A stretch of 64,000 nucleotides of DNA, taken from positions 2,612-66,611 of the forward strand of contig QHZE01000451.1 in the NCBI GenBank assembly GCA_003225335.1, written 5' to 3'. The notes under the pieces were generated by a model. The model was not told the DNA's origin, ran no database searches, and saw only the letters and a program-made list of their open reading frames with translations. The stretch comes from Acidobacteriota bacterium. Its GTDB lineage: Bacteria; Acidobacteriota; UBA6911. Both the position numbers and the translations under genes were made by a program. Of this stretch, positions 20,564 to 30,790 are shown piece after piece (positions within the stretch are counted from its first letter, which is position 1; each line of letters begins with the position of its first letter).

Positions 20564-21424
20564 TCAAAAGAGGACCATTGCCAGGCGCTTTCGATATTCC
20601 TCCGCAAGACCGCTGCGCTCGCCGGCAAGAGCGAACACGGTGAGCATCGCTTTTCTGGCCGCCTCCTCCCTGAAGTTCCTGTTGCGCGTCACTACAAACA
20701 GAAACTCTTCCAGAGCTCCGCGATAGTCGCCACCGGCTGCAAGGCAGCAGCCGTGAGCATACCGCGCCTCCAGATTCTCGGGTTCTGCCACCGCGCGGGT
20801 CGCGCAGGCCTCCAATCCTCCATTCTGGCCGCAAACGGTGTGGAACTCGAGGGCCTGTTTCAGAGGCTCCGCCTGTTCCTGCTGCGGAGAATCGGACGGG
20901 ATTCGATCCCACAGGGATGCGGCCTCTGCGTCGCCGGCGGCAGCCAAAATCTTTCCGAGCTCTAACAACGCGCCGCCGTGAGAGGGGTCCGCTCGAAGAG
21001 CTTCTTCGAATGCGCGACGTGCTTCCTGCGCCTGGCCGAGGTCCAGGCAAGCTAATCCTTCTGCATACTTCCGGTCGGCGTCGCTGGGACAGTGACGGCG
21101 CAAGAAGTGCCGCGCTTCACCCTCGGAAATCGCGCCCATGAACTCGTCGACCACCGCGCCCCCCTTGAAAACCTTCACGTTTGGAATGCTGCGGATACCG
21201 AAACCTTGCGCGATCTCCGGATTCTCTTCCGTGTTGACCTTGGCCAGGAGAAAATCACCCTTGAATTCCTCGGCCAGTCTTTCCAGCACCGGCCCGAGAA
21301 TCCGGCAGGGACCGCACCACGGCGCCCAGAAATCTACAACCACCGGGCGGCGAAAAGACTCATCAATTACCGACTGATCAAAGTCCTGAATTCCTACATC
21401 CTTTACGTGAACCGCTGTTGCCAC
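20564..21424 (-). CDS. thioredoxin-domain plus TPR-like protein (YbbN/CnoX-like co-chaperone)
   Basis: WCGPC active site followed by a helical TPR-like C-terminal half. The likely start is GTG 21424 behind GGGAGGA; the ORF track start is 21472. Confidence 0.75.
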   Translation of the reverse strand: MATAVHVKDVGIQDFDQSVIDESFRRPVVVDFWAPWCGPCRILGPVLERLAEEFKGDFLLAKVNTEENPEIAQGFGIRSIPNVKVFKGGAVVDEFMGAISEGEARHFLRRHCPSDADRKYAEGLACLDLGQAQEARRAFEEALRADPSHGGALLELGKILAAAGDAEAASLWDRIPSDSPQQEQAEPLKQALEFHTVCGQNGGLEACATRAVAEPENLEARYAHGCCLAAGGDYRGALEEFLFVVTRNRNFREEAARKAMLTVFALAGERSGLAEEYRKRLAMVLF

Positions 21425-21462
21425 GAGCTGTCCTCCCGCACTCAAATTAGAATATTTCCGCC

Positions 21463-21545
21463 TTCCACACAAGATCAGACCTCAGACTTCAGACCTCAGA
21501 CTCCAACTCGCACGTAGTCTGATCCCTGAGGTCTGAGGTCTGATG
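21463..21545. repeat. CAGACCTCAGAC oligo-repeat palindrome
   Basis: CAGACCTCAGACTTCAGACCTCAGACTCC...GATCCCTGAGGTCTGAGGTCTGATG. A related copy lies at 61187-61290. Confidence 0.7.
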
Positions 21546-21548
21546 CCC

Positions 21549-22886
21549 TTAGCGGGGTTCGACTTGCATACGCATGCCATACTTCGGCCGCAGGGTGATC
21601 AGGGGTTGGGGAACGACAGTGTGGTTCGGAACAAGCCTCAGGCGCCAGCGTTGGGCCAGGGTAGCGAGCAGCAGGACTCCTTCCATCCAGGCGAAGGATT
21701 CCCCGATACACACTCGAGGTCCGCCACCAAAAGGGAAGTACGTGAACTTGTGCCTGGCCTCGCGCGCTTCCGTGGTCCAACGAGCCGGCTCGAATTTGAA
21801 AGGATCCGGAAAATAGCGCGGATCATGGTGCATCACGTAGGGACTCATTAAGATAACCGAGCGTGCCGGGATGATGTTGCTGTCGATCGCGTAATCCTCA
21901 AGCGCTCGCCGTCCGATGACCCAGGCGGGCGGGTAGAGCCGCATGGACTCCGCGAAAACCATCTCCGTGTAACGAAGGCGCGCCACGTCGTCAAAGCCGG
22001 GCACTCGCCCTTCGAGCGCCTCATCCACTTCGGCGTGCATTCTTGCTTCCGGCTGGGAATGCTGGGAGAGCAGATACCAGGACCAGGTCAGAGCGTTGGC
22101 TGTCGTTTCGTGCCCGGCGAGGAAAAGCGTCATCGCTTCGTCGCGGACCTGCAGGTCTGACATGCCGCTTCCGTCCCCCTCATCCTGCGCCAGCAGCAGC
22201 ATCGAGAGGAGGTCGCCCCGGTCCTCCCGGTCCTTCCTGCGCTCGTTGATGATCCGGTAAATGGTCGCGTCCAGCCTCTCCCGCGCTTTCTGAAAACGGC
22301 GGTTGCTTGGAAGAGGGAGCTTGTCGAGAAGCTCCGTGAAGGGAAGGGTGACCCGGCCGAACAATTGCATGACCTCGGTCAGCGCCTTCCGGATGTCCTG
22401 CGCCTCACTTTCCACATCCGCGTCGAAAAGCGTTTTGGCCACGATCGCAAGAGTCAGACGCATCATCTCCTGGGCGACATCCAGGGTCATACTGGCCTGC
22501 CAGCGCTCTCTGGTTCTCGCCCCGAAATCCGCCATTACATTCGCATAGCTGTTGATACGCTGCCGGTGAAAGGCCGGCTGAACCAGCTGCCGTTGCCGGC
22601 GATGGAGCTCCCCCTCGCTGGTCAGCAATCCCTCCCCCAGGAAACGCTTCGCCAGCTCGAGGCCACGGCTCTTGACGAAATTTCGATGGCGGGTGACCAG
22701 GACATCCTTGATGTGGTCCGGATGATTGAAAAGATAGACGTCCTGGGGTCCGAGCTTGAAGTGTGCGATGTCGCCGTACGTGCGCGCAAGCCCTGTCAGG
22801 AAACCGAGCGGGTCACGGCGGAACTCAAACAAGCTTCCTACCAGCGGCTTGCCTTTGGGTCCGCGCGTCTGAAGTCCGGCCGCCAT
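21549..22886 (-). CDS. cytochrome P450
   Basis: Haem-binding loop [18 protein letters not shown] motif (ESMR) and AGHETT I-helix motif. Confidence 0.85.
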   Translation of the reverse strand: MAAGLQTRGPKGKPLVGSLFEFRRDPLGFLTGLARTYGDIAHFKLGPQDVYLFNHPDHIKDVLVTRHRNFVKSRGLELAKRFLGEGLLTSEGELHRRQRQLVQPAFHRQRINSYANVMADFGARTRERWQASMTLDVAQEMMRLTLAIVAKTLFDADVESEAQDIRKALTEVMQLFGRVTLPFTELLDKLPLPSNRRFQKARERLDATIYRIINERRKDREDRGDLLSMLLLAQDEGDGSGMSDLQVRDEAMTLFLAGHETTANALTWSWYLLSQHSQPEARMHAEVDEALEGRVPGFDDVARLRYTEMVFAESMRLYPPAWVIGRRALEDYAIDSNIIPARSVILMSPYVMHHDPRYFPDPFKFEPARWTTEAREARHKFTYFPFGGGPRVCIGESFAWMEGVLLLATLAQRWRLRLVPNHTVVPQPLITLRPKYGMRMQVEPR

Positions 22887-22951
22887 AATGTGACAGGATA
22901 TCACATATGGGAATCACAATGGAACCCCGGGGAACTGACGACAGAAAGACT

Positions 22952-23016
22952 CGCCACGAATCACACGAATTAACGCGGAGATTAATCCGCAGTCCGCAAT
23001 TGGAAATCCGCAATTG
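22952..23016. repeat. composite family D plus family E element
   Basis: CGCCACGAATCACACGAATTAACGCGGAGATTAATCCGCAGTCCGCAATTGGAAATCCGCAATTG. Confidence 0.7.
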
Positions 23017-23018
23017 AG

Positions 23019-23927
23019 TCAGCGGTAGTGCTGGTCGATTTTTTTCTTGAGGAACTGGACGCTGCGGGCCATCTGGGCAAGGCCTTCCATGCCGTCCTCG
23101 ACGGAGATCCAGCCCGTGTAGTTGATCTCGCGCAGAATGCGGAAAATGGCGTCGTAATCGTTCAGACCTTTCCCGATCTCCCCGTGACATAGATCGGGAG
23201 AATACCCCAGCGTTCCGTCCGCCTGTCTGAGGTCTTCGAGCCGGGCATCCCCTTTGAGGTAGCGGTCGGAGGCCTGCATCGTCACCACGCGGTGCTTCAC
23301 CTTGCGCAAAAACGCGACGGGATCCTCGCCGGCGAGGAGCGTGTTGCTGGGATCGTACTGCACCCCGAAGAAAGGGGAGTCGACCTGATCGATAATCTGG
23401 AGGAAGATCTCGCTGCGCTGGGCGAATTCGGGATAGCGCCAGAGACCGTCTTTGTAGTGATTTTCCATGCAAAGAGTGACGCCGCGCGAGGCGGAATATT
23501 TCAGGCTGGCGCTGATTCCCTCGACAGCCCACCGGATACCGTCCTCCAGCGGCGTTTCCGGATGGCGCTGCCCTGAGAGCGTACGGCAATAAGGCGTTCC
23601 GAGCTCGAGTGACAAATCGACAGCGTCCTTCTGGCGCCGGATCTGACGCGCCCGTTCCGCCGGATCGGGATGCGTGAAGTCGGGCGAGAAGCAGAGCATG
23701 GAGGTGCGCAACCCGGCCTTCTTCATAGCGGCCAGTACCTCCCGCAACTCACCGCTGTCCCGGCGGGGGAAAAAGCCGTCGTACATTTCAATGGCTTCAA
23801 TCCCCAGGGTACCGGCCTGCTTGATCCAGTCGAGCAGCGGCATCTTGCCGCTGCAAAGCTCGTCAAAATAAGCTTTGGGAAAAACCGAAATGGACGGTCT
23901 GCCGTCAGGCGGCATTTCACTTCCCAA
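23019..23927 (-). CDS. sugar phosphate isomerase/epimerase (xylose-isomerase-like TIM barrel)
   Basis: 302 aa. The pattern ..LGIEAIEM.. ..CMENHY.. ..GWISVE.. is typical of AP-endonuclease-2/xylose-isomerase-like TIM enzymes. Confidence 0.7.
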   Translation of the reverse strand: MGSEMPPDGRPSISVFPKAYFDELCSGKMPLLDWIKQAGTLGIEAIEMYDGFFPRRDSGELREVLAAMKKAGLRTSMLCFSPDFTHPDPAERARQIRRQKDAVDLSLELGTPYCRTLSGQRHPETPLEDGIRWAVEGISASLKYSASRGVTLCMENHYKDGLWRYPEFAQRSEIFLQIIDQVDSPFFGVQYDPSNTLLAGEDPVAFLRKVKHRVVTMQASDRYLKGDARLEDLRQADGTLGYSPDLCHGEIGKGLNDYDAIFRILREINYTGWISVEDGMEGLAQMARSVQFLKKKIDQHYR

Positions 23928-24549
23928 GGAGTTGCGCGGCCTCTTCTTTGGAAACCGAGCGGATTTTCAGGTTGCGGAACGACACCTCCCCGTGGTCGCC
24001 CTGAAGGCGGAGCGGGCCTGGCGCATCTTCGCGATCGCTGCTGGCGCCCGTCCCCCTGGGGCCTGCGTTCACATGGTCGAGAATCTTCTTGCCGTTGTGG
24101 TATACGGTCAAGCGTTTTCCCACGAAGGTGATATCGAAGACTTCCCATTCGCCCGCAGGGCGGCTAGCGTTGATCGCGGGAGGAATGCGCCGGTACAACG
24201 CGCCGCATCCGCTGTCGCTGGGATCCTTGCCGTAGCTGTCGGCGATCTGAATCTCATAGCGATCCCTCATGTATACGCCCGAGTTGCTCGCCGGAACGAT
24301 CTTGAATTCTACATGGAGCTGGAAATCATAGAACTCTTGATCGGTCTGAATGTCCGTGCCTTTCGCGGCAGTCGTATAGACGCCGTTCTCCACTCTCCAG
24401 AGATTGGGACCATTGGGGTTGCGCAGATGCCAGCCGGCGAGGGTGGTTCCGTTGAAAAGAGGAATCCACCTCTCTTCTGCCGGCGCACCCGGAACCAGAG
24501 TCCATCCCACAAGAAGGCCCAGCATTGTGAAGCGCCTCGTGTTTTTCAT
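23917..24549 (-). CDS. DUF1080-type (3-keto-disaccharide hydrolase-like) secreted protein
   Basis: Start ATG 24549 (MKNTRRFTMLGLLVGWTLVPGAPA signal peptide). Motifs ..WIPLFNGTTLAGW.. and ..GPLRLQGDHGEVSFRNLKIR.. are characteristic of DUF1080. Confidence 0.65.
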   Translation of the reverse strand: MKNTRRFTMLGLLVGWTLVPGAPAEERWIPLFNGTTLAGWHLRNPNGPNLWRVENGVYTTAAKGTDIQTDQEFYDFQLHVEFKIVPASNSGVYMRDRYEIQIADSYGKDPSDSGCGALYRRIPPAINASRPAGEWEVFDITFVGKRLTVYHNGKKILDHVNAGPRGTGASSDREDAPGPLRLQGDHGEVSFRNLKIRSVSKEEAAQLLGK

Positions 24550-24672
24550 GTTTGCGCCCCCGCAAGGAGATTTTCCGCTCACGCCCAGACCGAAGGTCAC
24601 ACAAAAATCGGTTAATGTGTCACAAGCCGTGAAAAAATTCCGTCCGTCCGCTGCTCACGCTCGCGGCGCTTC

Positions 24673-24785
24673 TTCTCTGTGTCTCCGTGTCTCTGTGGCC
24701 AATGACGGTTTTTGGCCACAGAGACACGGAGAAAAAAACTGGCCACGAATTTCACGATTATACGATAACCAGTCGCGAAATCATC
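24673..24785. repeat. composite family C plus family D element
   Basis: CTCTGTGTCTCCGTGTCTCTGTGGCCAATGACGGTTTTTGGCCACAGAGACACGGAGAAAAAAACTGGCCACGAATTTCACGATTATACGA. Confidence 0.7.
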
Positions 24786-24823
24786 AAGAACCGGATTCGC
24801 GCGCGATGGTACCATAACTTTCC

Positions 24824-26014
24824 ATGCGGAACGCGCGAGCCGTAGCAGACTTCCTCGGACTGCGCGGTGACGTCGTCGCGCTGCTGACTGCGATGATTGT
24901 CATTGGGTGCGGCGAAGAGCTCTGGATCCGGTTTGTGCCCAAGTACCTCGACGTTCTCGGAGCTGGCACTCTCGCGATCGGTGTCTACGACGGTCTCAAG
25001 ACGCTGCTGGGGGCTCTCTATGCCTATCCGGGGGGAATTCTCACGGACCGCTGGGGGCATCGAAAGGCGCTGGTCCTCTTTACGTCTCTCTCGATAATCG
25101 GCTACTTGATCGTCTTCGCGATACCGCACTGGCCCGCTGTTCTGGGGGCAACCTTTCTGTTTCTATCCTGGTCGTCGTTCTCCTTGCCCGCCACGTTTTC
25201 CCTGGTGGGAAAGAATCTTGCGCCGGAGAAATACGGAATGGGAATAGCGGTTCAGGCAATTGTCAAACGTGTTCCGATCGTCATTGGCCCCGTTCTTGGA
25301 GGGTTGTTGATCGACCGGCTGGGCTTTCGCGGCGGCATGCGCGTGGCGCTTGTCGTTTCGTCGTTGCTTGGGGCGGCGACCGTGCTCATCCAGCTCCGCA
25401 TCTCCGAAGATGAGAGCTCGAGCTTCCAAAGCGCATCCTGGCGGCGCGGCCCGCGCATCGGCGATTTCCGGCCGGAGTTGCGGCACCTGCTCCTCTCGGA
25501 CATCCTTGTTCGATTTTGCGAGCGCATACCCTTCGCCTGGGTGGTGATCTATGCCATGTCCTATCCCGGAATCGGCGCTCGGGAGTTCGGGTATCTGACC
25601 AGTTTGGAGACGGCTACGGCGATGGTTTGTTTTATTCCCATTGCCTATCTCTCGGATCGGTACGGCCGCGAGACCTTCGTGGTTGCCACGTTCGTTTTCT
25701 TCACTCTCTTTCCTCTCTTTCTGCTTCATTCTCAAACTATTGCCTGGCTGGCTGCCGCATTCGTCATTCGCGGCCTCAAGGAGTTCGGCGAGCCGGCGCG
25801 CAAGGCGCTCATTATTCAATACAGCGCGGGATCCAACCAGGGGCGGGTGATTGGCGCCTACTATTTGATGCGGGACCTGATTGTTACGCCGGGTTCGCTG
25901 CTCGGCGCATGGCTTTGGGAGGCGGGACCGCGGGTTAATTTCTGGGGCGCCTTTGTCTGCGGTCTCGCGGGCACGGTCTACTATGTCTTTCACCTCCAGC
26001 GCCGCACCTCCTGA
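24824..26014 (+). CDS. MFS transporter
   Basis: Polytopic hydrophobic protein with an MFS-like motif (G..TDRWGHRK). Confidence 0.7.
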   Translation: MRNARAVADFLGLRGDVVALLTAMIVIGCGEELWIRFVPKYLDVLGAGTLAIGVYDGLKTLLGALYAYPGGILTDRWGHRKALVLFTSLSIIGYLIVFAIPHWPAVLGATFLFLSWSSFSLPATFSLVGKNLAPEKYGMGIAVQAIVKRVPIVIGPVLGGLLIDRLGFRGGMRVALVVSSLLGAATVLIQLRISEDESSSFQSASWRRGPRIGDFRPELRHLLLSDILVRFCERIPFAWVVIYAMSYPGIGAREFGYLTSLETATAMVCFIPIAYLSDRYGRETFVVATFVFFTLFPLFLLHSQTIAWLAAAFVIRGLKEFGEPARKALIIQYSAGSNQGRVIGAYYLMRDLIVTPGSLLGAWLWEAGPRVNFWGAFVCGLAGTVYYVFHLQRRTS

Positions 26015-26269
26015 AAAGGAATCCAGAATTCAGAATCCAGAATCCAGAAGAAGTGGCATGGCGCTTCCCTGGCACAACAAAGACTGCCCGGTAAAGACCG
26101 CACCAGTCCAGGAAGGGCTCCCGCAACCATTCTGGATTCTGGATTCCTCCGCCGGTGGATAATTGACATCGATGTTTTGTCGCGTCATACTCGCCGTTGA
26201 TTAGACTGCGTACAGTATTAGAGGATTTCAATCATCCGTCCTTTCCCAGTGCCAAGGAGGGTTTGAAAC

Positions 26270-27628
26270 ATGTCGGAAAAAAGTAAGATTAATCGGCGGC
26301 AGTTCATCCAGAGGAGCGCGCTGGGAAGCGCGGCCATGGGAATGGCTCTCGGAGAAGGCCATGGCGAGGCTCCGGAAGTTCCTGCTCGCGTGCCAGCCAG
26401 TGACAAGGTCACTGTCGGCATGATCGGCGTCGGCGCGCGCGCGCAGGAGCTCATGCAGGCAATAATGACGCTGCCCGGCACGGAAATCGTCGGGGTGTGC
26501 GATGCCTACAAGGGCCGGACCGATCGCGCGGTGGCTCGGACAAAAGGGCGCGCGAAAGTCTACAAAGACTACAAGGAGATTCTGGCAGACAAATCCATAG
26601 ACACGGTCGTCATCGCCACTCCGGACCATTGGCACGCAACGATCGCAATCGACGCGGTTCGGGCGGGCAAAGACGTGTACATCGAGAAGCCGATGACCTA
26701 CGCGGTCGAGGAGGGGAACAACATCATCGCGGAAGTAAAGAAGACCGGGCGCATCTTGCAGGTGGGAAGCCAGGGGATGAGCTCTCGCACCCAGCAAAAG
26801 GCCCGGGAGATCATCGCATCCGGCAAGCTCGGTCAGGTGACAATGGTTCGGGCTTTCTATAACCGGAACACCGCCAGCGGCGCCTGGATCTATCCGATCC
26901 CGCCGGACGCGTCACCGCAGACGGTCAATTGGGAAATGTTCCTCGGGCCGGCGCCCAAGCGTTCTGTCGATTACGCGAGATTCTTCAGATGGCGCTGCTA
27001 CCGCGATTATTCCGGCGGAATCGCAACCGATTTGTTCGTGCACCTGGTGACGAGCATCCACTTCATGATGAACGCGAAGATGCCCGCCAACTTCGTCGCA
27101 ATGGGCCAGCTCTACCGATGGAAGGAATCAAGAGACGTTCCCGATACCGTCAACGCGATCCTGGAGTATCCCGAAGGTTTCACGGCCAACCTGAGCAGCA
27201 CCTTCAACAATCAATTGAGCTCTGAGGGAGGCTTCCAGATTCTCGGGACCAAGGGGAGCCTGGTCCTCGGTAACGGCCTTTCCTTCCATCCCGAGATCGT
27301 TAGTGAGGACAATCGCTGGATCGTTGAAAGCTGGCCGGAGACATTGGAAGAAGCCTATTACAAGGATCCCAAGGTGCGCTCCGAAGAGCTTCCCAACACC
27401 CGCGAACCGGAAGTGCTCGCAGGTGAGGAGGAGTTTCGCGAGATCGGATTCGATGCGACGATTCTGCATTTCCGCAATTTCTTTTCATGCGTCAAGACGC
27501 GGAAGCAGCCTTTGCAGGACGCCCTTGCCGGTCACCGCAACGCTGCATGCGCGCACCTCATCAACCAGTCGATACGCGAAAGGAGGATGGTGAGCTGGGA
27601 CGTCGGGAAAGAGACTGCCAAAGCCTGA
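26270..27628 (+). CDS. Gfo/Idh/MocA-family oxidoreductase with twin-arginine signal
   Basis: Tat motif NRRQFIQRSALGSAAMGMA. Rossmann motif MIGVGARAQ. Gfo/Idh/MocA signature ..EKPMT... Confidence 0.85.
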   Translation: MSEKSKINRRQFIQRSALGSAAMGMALGEGHGEAPEVPARVPASDKVTVGMIGVGARAQELMQAIMTLPGTEIVGVCDAYKGRTDRAVARTKGRAKVYKDYKEILADKSIDTVVIATPDHWHATIAIDAVRAGKDVYIEKPMTYAVEEGNNIIAEVKKTGRILQVGSQGMSSRTQQKAREIIASGKLGQVTMVRAFYNRNTASGAWIYPIPPDASPQTVNWEMFLGPAPKRSVDYARFFRWRCYRDYSGGIATDLFVHLVTSIHFMMNAKMPANFVAMGQLYRWKESRDVPDTVNAILEYPEGFTANLSSTFNNQLSSEGGFQILGTKGSLVLGNGLSFHPEIVSEDNRWIVESWPETLEEAYYKDPKVRSEELPNTREPEVLAGEEEFREIGFDATILHFRNFFSCVKTRKQPLQDALAGHRNAACAHLINQSIRERRMVSWDVGKETAKA

Positions 27629-27751
27629 AACAAATGGCTTGCGAAAACTCTTTGCAGACAGGCAGAGAATGCCGATAAAGATTAGGGCGAAGCGTTCTAT
27701 GCGCCTACCTGGTTTTCCAGGTATGATTCTGATCCGGGCAGGTAAGAAGCT

Positions 27752-28291
27752 ATGGTCGAGACAAGAACTCATCGCAGGGTCACTCGAAACCGCAAGAAGA
27801 ACCGCGTTCCTCTGGCGAAGCTGCGGACCGCGGAGGTCGTCAGGACTGTTGTGGACCATCCCGGGCGGCTCAACGAACTGGTCGCTCTGCTGGATGACAG
27901 CGAGCGGGCGTTGCGGGGACGAGCGGCGGCAACGCTGGCCCGGCTTTCGGAATCGCATGCGCATCGCCTCATTCGGGTTGTTGACCGGCTCCGCGAAGCG
28001 CTCTCCGATGACTCCGCTTATGTCCGATGGCACCTGGTCTACACACTCGGCCGGCTTGGAACTTCCTTCCCCGTACGAGCGCCGCTCTTTCTCCAGGAGC
28101 TTCTTGAGCGCCTGGAGGATTCCAACCGAATCGTCAGATCCTTTTCGCTACAGGCCCTGGGGTGCATGGCGGCCCGGGACCCGCGCCCGGTCGAGCAGCT
28201 GTTTGCATCCGCCAAGAAAGACGTTCCTCCGCCATTGCTGCGAATCCTGCGCGCTTCCGGGACCGAAATCCGGAAGCCGGCCGGGAAGTAG
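27752..28291 (+). CDS. HEAT-repeat-like hypothetical protein
   Basis: 179 aa with helical repeats and Arg-rich segments. No catalytic motif. Confidence 0.4.
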   Translation: MVETRTHRRVTRNRKKNRVPLAKLRTAEVVRTVVDHPGRLNELVALLDDSERALRGRAAATLARLSESHAHRLIRVVDRLREALSDDSAYVRWHLVYTLGRLGTSFPVRAPLFLQELLERLEDSNRIVRSFSLQALGCMAARDPRPVEQLFASAKKDVPPPLLRILRASGTEIRKPAGK

Positions 28292-28301
28292 CGCGCAACC
28301 A

Positions 28302-28448
28302 GGTTTGGAATTCAGCCTTCAGCCTGCACAGAGCCGGGCAGGCTAAAGCCTGAACTCCGAACCAAAGCCCACGAGATCATTGCTCACGTTTGGAGTTCAG
28401 CCTTCAGGCTGCACGGAGCCCGGGCAGGCTAAAGCCTGAACTCCAAAC
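28302..28448. repeat. two tandem family B elements between convergent genes
   Basis: Copies at 28302-28364 and 28388-28448. Confidence 0.8.
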
Positions 28449-28455
28449 CAAAGAC

Positions 28456-29127
28456 TTATCGCTTCGCGCGCCGATAAGCCGTTGCCAGCGAATCGGCGTA
28501 CTCGTTCCAGCGATAGCCGGAGTGGGCGGCGATCCAGCACAGTTTCAGCTCGGGACGGCGCTTGAACAAGCCGTACAGTTCCTGCACCAGTTCCAGGTTC
28601 TTGATCTCGCCGCCCTTGCGCCGCCAACCGCGCGCTTCCCAACCCTGGGCCCACTTGTCGATCGTGCTCACGCACAACTGGCTATCGGTGTAAACGACGG
28701 CGGGTGTGCCCTCGGGCACGAGAGAGACACCGGCGATTAAGGCCGACAGCTCCATGCGGTTGTTCGTGGTGTGCGGCTCGTGTCCCCAGCGCTCTGCGAC
28801 GATCTGATCTTCGATCACGTAGACCGCGCCCCAGCCTCCGGGGCCCGGATTGGGATCGGCCGCACCGTCGGTGAAGACTCCAACCTTGGGGCCTGCCTTG
28901 TACTTGGCGAGCACTTCGCTGAGCGTCAGGTTTTCTTCACGCGTTGCCGCGGGTGAACGCAGGGCTTGCCGCTCGCCGGGAATGCGTGTCCTGTTGCGCT
29001 CCGTTGTACCGTTCTGCTTGTTCTTACAGCTCAGGCAGTGCTTGGGCTTCCAACCCGGGTACTTGGCGAGCGTCGCGTCCGGAACCTCGAACGTTTTCCC
29101 GCAGTCCTGGCAGGTGAAGCTCGCCAC
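28456..29127 (-). CDS. rnhA: ribonuclease H (type 1) with N-terminal Cys4 zinc-ribbon
   Basis: RNase HI motifs GVFTDGAA.., ..NNRMELSA.., ..YTDSQ.., ..HSGYRWNEYAD. The N-terminus reads CQDCGK...CLSCKNK. Confidence 0.8.
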   Translation of the reverse strand: MASFTCQDCGKTFEVPDATLAKYPGWKPKHCLSCKNKQNGTTERNRTRIPGERQALRSPAATREENLTLSEVLAKYKAGPKVGVFTDGAADPNPGPGGWGAVYVIEDQIVAERWGHEPHTTNNRMELSALIAGVSLVPEGTPAVVYTDSQLCVSTIDKWAQGWEARGWRRKGGEIKNLELVQELYGLFKRRPELKLCWIAAHSGYRWNEYADSLATAYRRAKR

Positions 29128-29212
29128 GTCTCTGCTTACCCTCCCCGGTTTCCGATCCCCAGCTCAAGCTCCGCGCAGCCCAGATATAGCTGGAAAGAAT
29201 TTTCCCACACCT

Positions 29213-29322
29213 ATTCACCACAAAGACACGAAGACGCGAAGAATCGCAAAGGATTTCTTCGCGTCTTCGTGTTGAGATTTTTTTTGGTTGCGGCTGGGCT
29301 GCTCTGTGTTCATCGGTGGTTT
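29213..29322. repeat. family A palindrome followed by family I element (TTGGTTGCGGCTGGGCTGCTCTGTGTTCATCGGTGG)
   Basis: The same A plus I composite recurs at 62370-62642. Confidence 0.75.
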
Positions 29323-29359
29323 TGTTTCAGCTCTGTTCCGACGGCAACGCCCTGCGGCG

Positions 29360-30655
29360 TCAGGGGCGGTTCAGGTACTTCTGGTAGAGGCGGGTGTGCC
29401 TGGTTTCCAGGCTGACGTTCTTGCCGGCAATGAACAGATTCTTGACTTGTGTACGAATCTCCAGGAGGTCGCCGTCCGTAACGGCCAAGTCAGCAACTTT
29501 TCCAGGTTCGATCTTGCCCATTCGATCCGCGACGCCCAGAATCTCGGCCGGATTCACGGTGACCGCCTTTAGAGCCTCCTCGTGAGACAGCCCGTAGGCC
29601 TGCGCAAACCCTGCTTCGTAGGGCAGGTTCCTGACGTCGGAGCTGCTCGGCGAGGTCAGGGCAAACCTGACCCCCGCTCGGACCAGATCTCTGGGAAGAG
29701 TGAACCTCGCGTCGTACGGGTCGTCCTCCCGCACAGGGAGCGCAACGATGGATTCCAGAATCACCGGGATGTTCTCCTTCTTCAGCAGATCTGCCACCCT
29801 GCTTGCCTCGCGTCCTCCCTGAAGGACCATCTTCAACTTTTCCTTTCTGGCAAAGTCGACGGCATTCTTGATGTCTCGGGCAGTGTCGGCCTGTATGAAG
29901 ACGGCCATTTTCTCCTGAACCACCGGAATCAAAGCTTCGAGCTTGCGGTCCACTGCTGTGGAGGGATTGCTGGTCCGGGCTCGGGAGTAATGGCGGGCGG
30001 CTTCCAGGAGATCGCCGATCTCCCGGACACGTCTCTCGTAATTCCGTTTCCGTTCGGAGAAAGTCTGACGGCGAGTTTCCCGCAACCCGCCCCCGGAGAC
30101 GGTTCGCTCGCTGAGGCTCGGGAACTGCATGACGAGGCCGGCCCTCTCGAGGATGGCCATTTCATTCACTGTCCAGCCGTCCAGGTGCAGCAACACCGCC
30201 TGACCGGAAAGAATCCCGCCGGCAGGCACGCTCAGACTGGCGGTGATCCCGTTTGCCCGCGCGACGGGAATATGCTCGCTGTCGGGATGGATCGCGGTGA
30301 AGGCCAGCAGGTGGGGGTTGTAGTCTCCTATCTCCGAGGCGTCGTTGGTGGCAGGAACGGAGCCGATTTCGGTAAGGCCGATGTTGCTCCAGGCGTTGAT
30401 CATGCCTGGATAGACTTCCAGTCCCTGGCCGTTGATGATCTGGGCTCCCGCAGGGATCTTTACGTTGGAACCCACGGCCGCAATCTTTCCGTCGGCGATG
30501 ACCACCGTGGCTCGCGGGAGAGTTCCCGAGGAAGCCAGGGTATGCACCTGCGCGTCACGTATCGCATAGGTCGGACTCCCTGCTGTGGCCCGCAGCCCCA
30601 GGAGGGCGCAAAACAGCGCTAGCGCCGGAAGATGTTTGAGATTTCTCCTCTGCAT
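29360..30655 (-). CDS. secreted amidohydrolase-superfamily paralogue 1 (COG1228-like), metal-binding HxH degenerate
   Basis: Signal peptide. The fold is conserved with paralogue 2, but HxH is replaced by ..PGMINAWSN.. and further His ligands are missing. Confidence 0.7.
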   Translation of the reverse strand: MQRRNLKHLPALALFCALLGLRATAGSPTYAIRDAQVHTLASSGTLPRATVVIADGKIAAVGSNVKIPAGAQIINGQGLEVYPGMINAWSNIGLTEIGSVPATNDASEIGDYNPHLLAFTAIHPDSEHIPVARANGITASLSVPAGGILSGQAVLLHLDGWTVNEMAILERAGLVMQFPSLSERTVSGGGLRETRRQTFSERKRNYERRVREIGDLLEAARHYSRARTSNPSTAVDRKLEALIPVVQEKMAVFIQADTARDIKNAVDFARKEKLKMVLQGGREASRVADLLKKENIPVILESIVALPVREDDPYDARFTLPRDLVRAGVRFALTSPSSSDVRNLPYEAGFAQAYGLSHEEALKAVTVNPAEILGVADRMGKIEPGKVADLAVTDGDLLEIRTQVKNLFIAGKNVSLETRHTRLYQKYLNRP

Positions 30656-30734
30656 GTTCGTTCCCCTCGGTGTCCAACTCAGGTTCGGAGTTCCGGCTTT
30701 AGCCTGCCCTCCCGTACCCTGACGGCAGCCTAAC

Positions 30735-30790
30735 TACATGATTTCATAAATACGGTAACGTCTTCCGCCCCAGCGGGGCGAAAAGAAATT
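30735..30790. repeat. family H element (TACATGATTTCATAAATACGGTAACG..CGCCCCAGCGGGGCGAAA)
   Basis: Second copy at 49503-49570. Confidence 0.6.

Noticed and set aside
28302-28448. Repeat clusters as CRISPR arrays.
   Set aside because: The repeats are imperfect palindromes of differing families with no regular unit-spacer periodicity and no cas genes.
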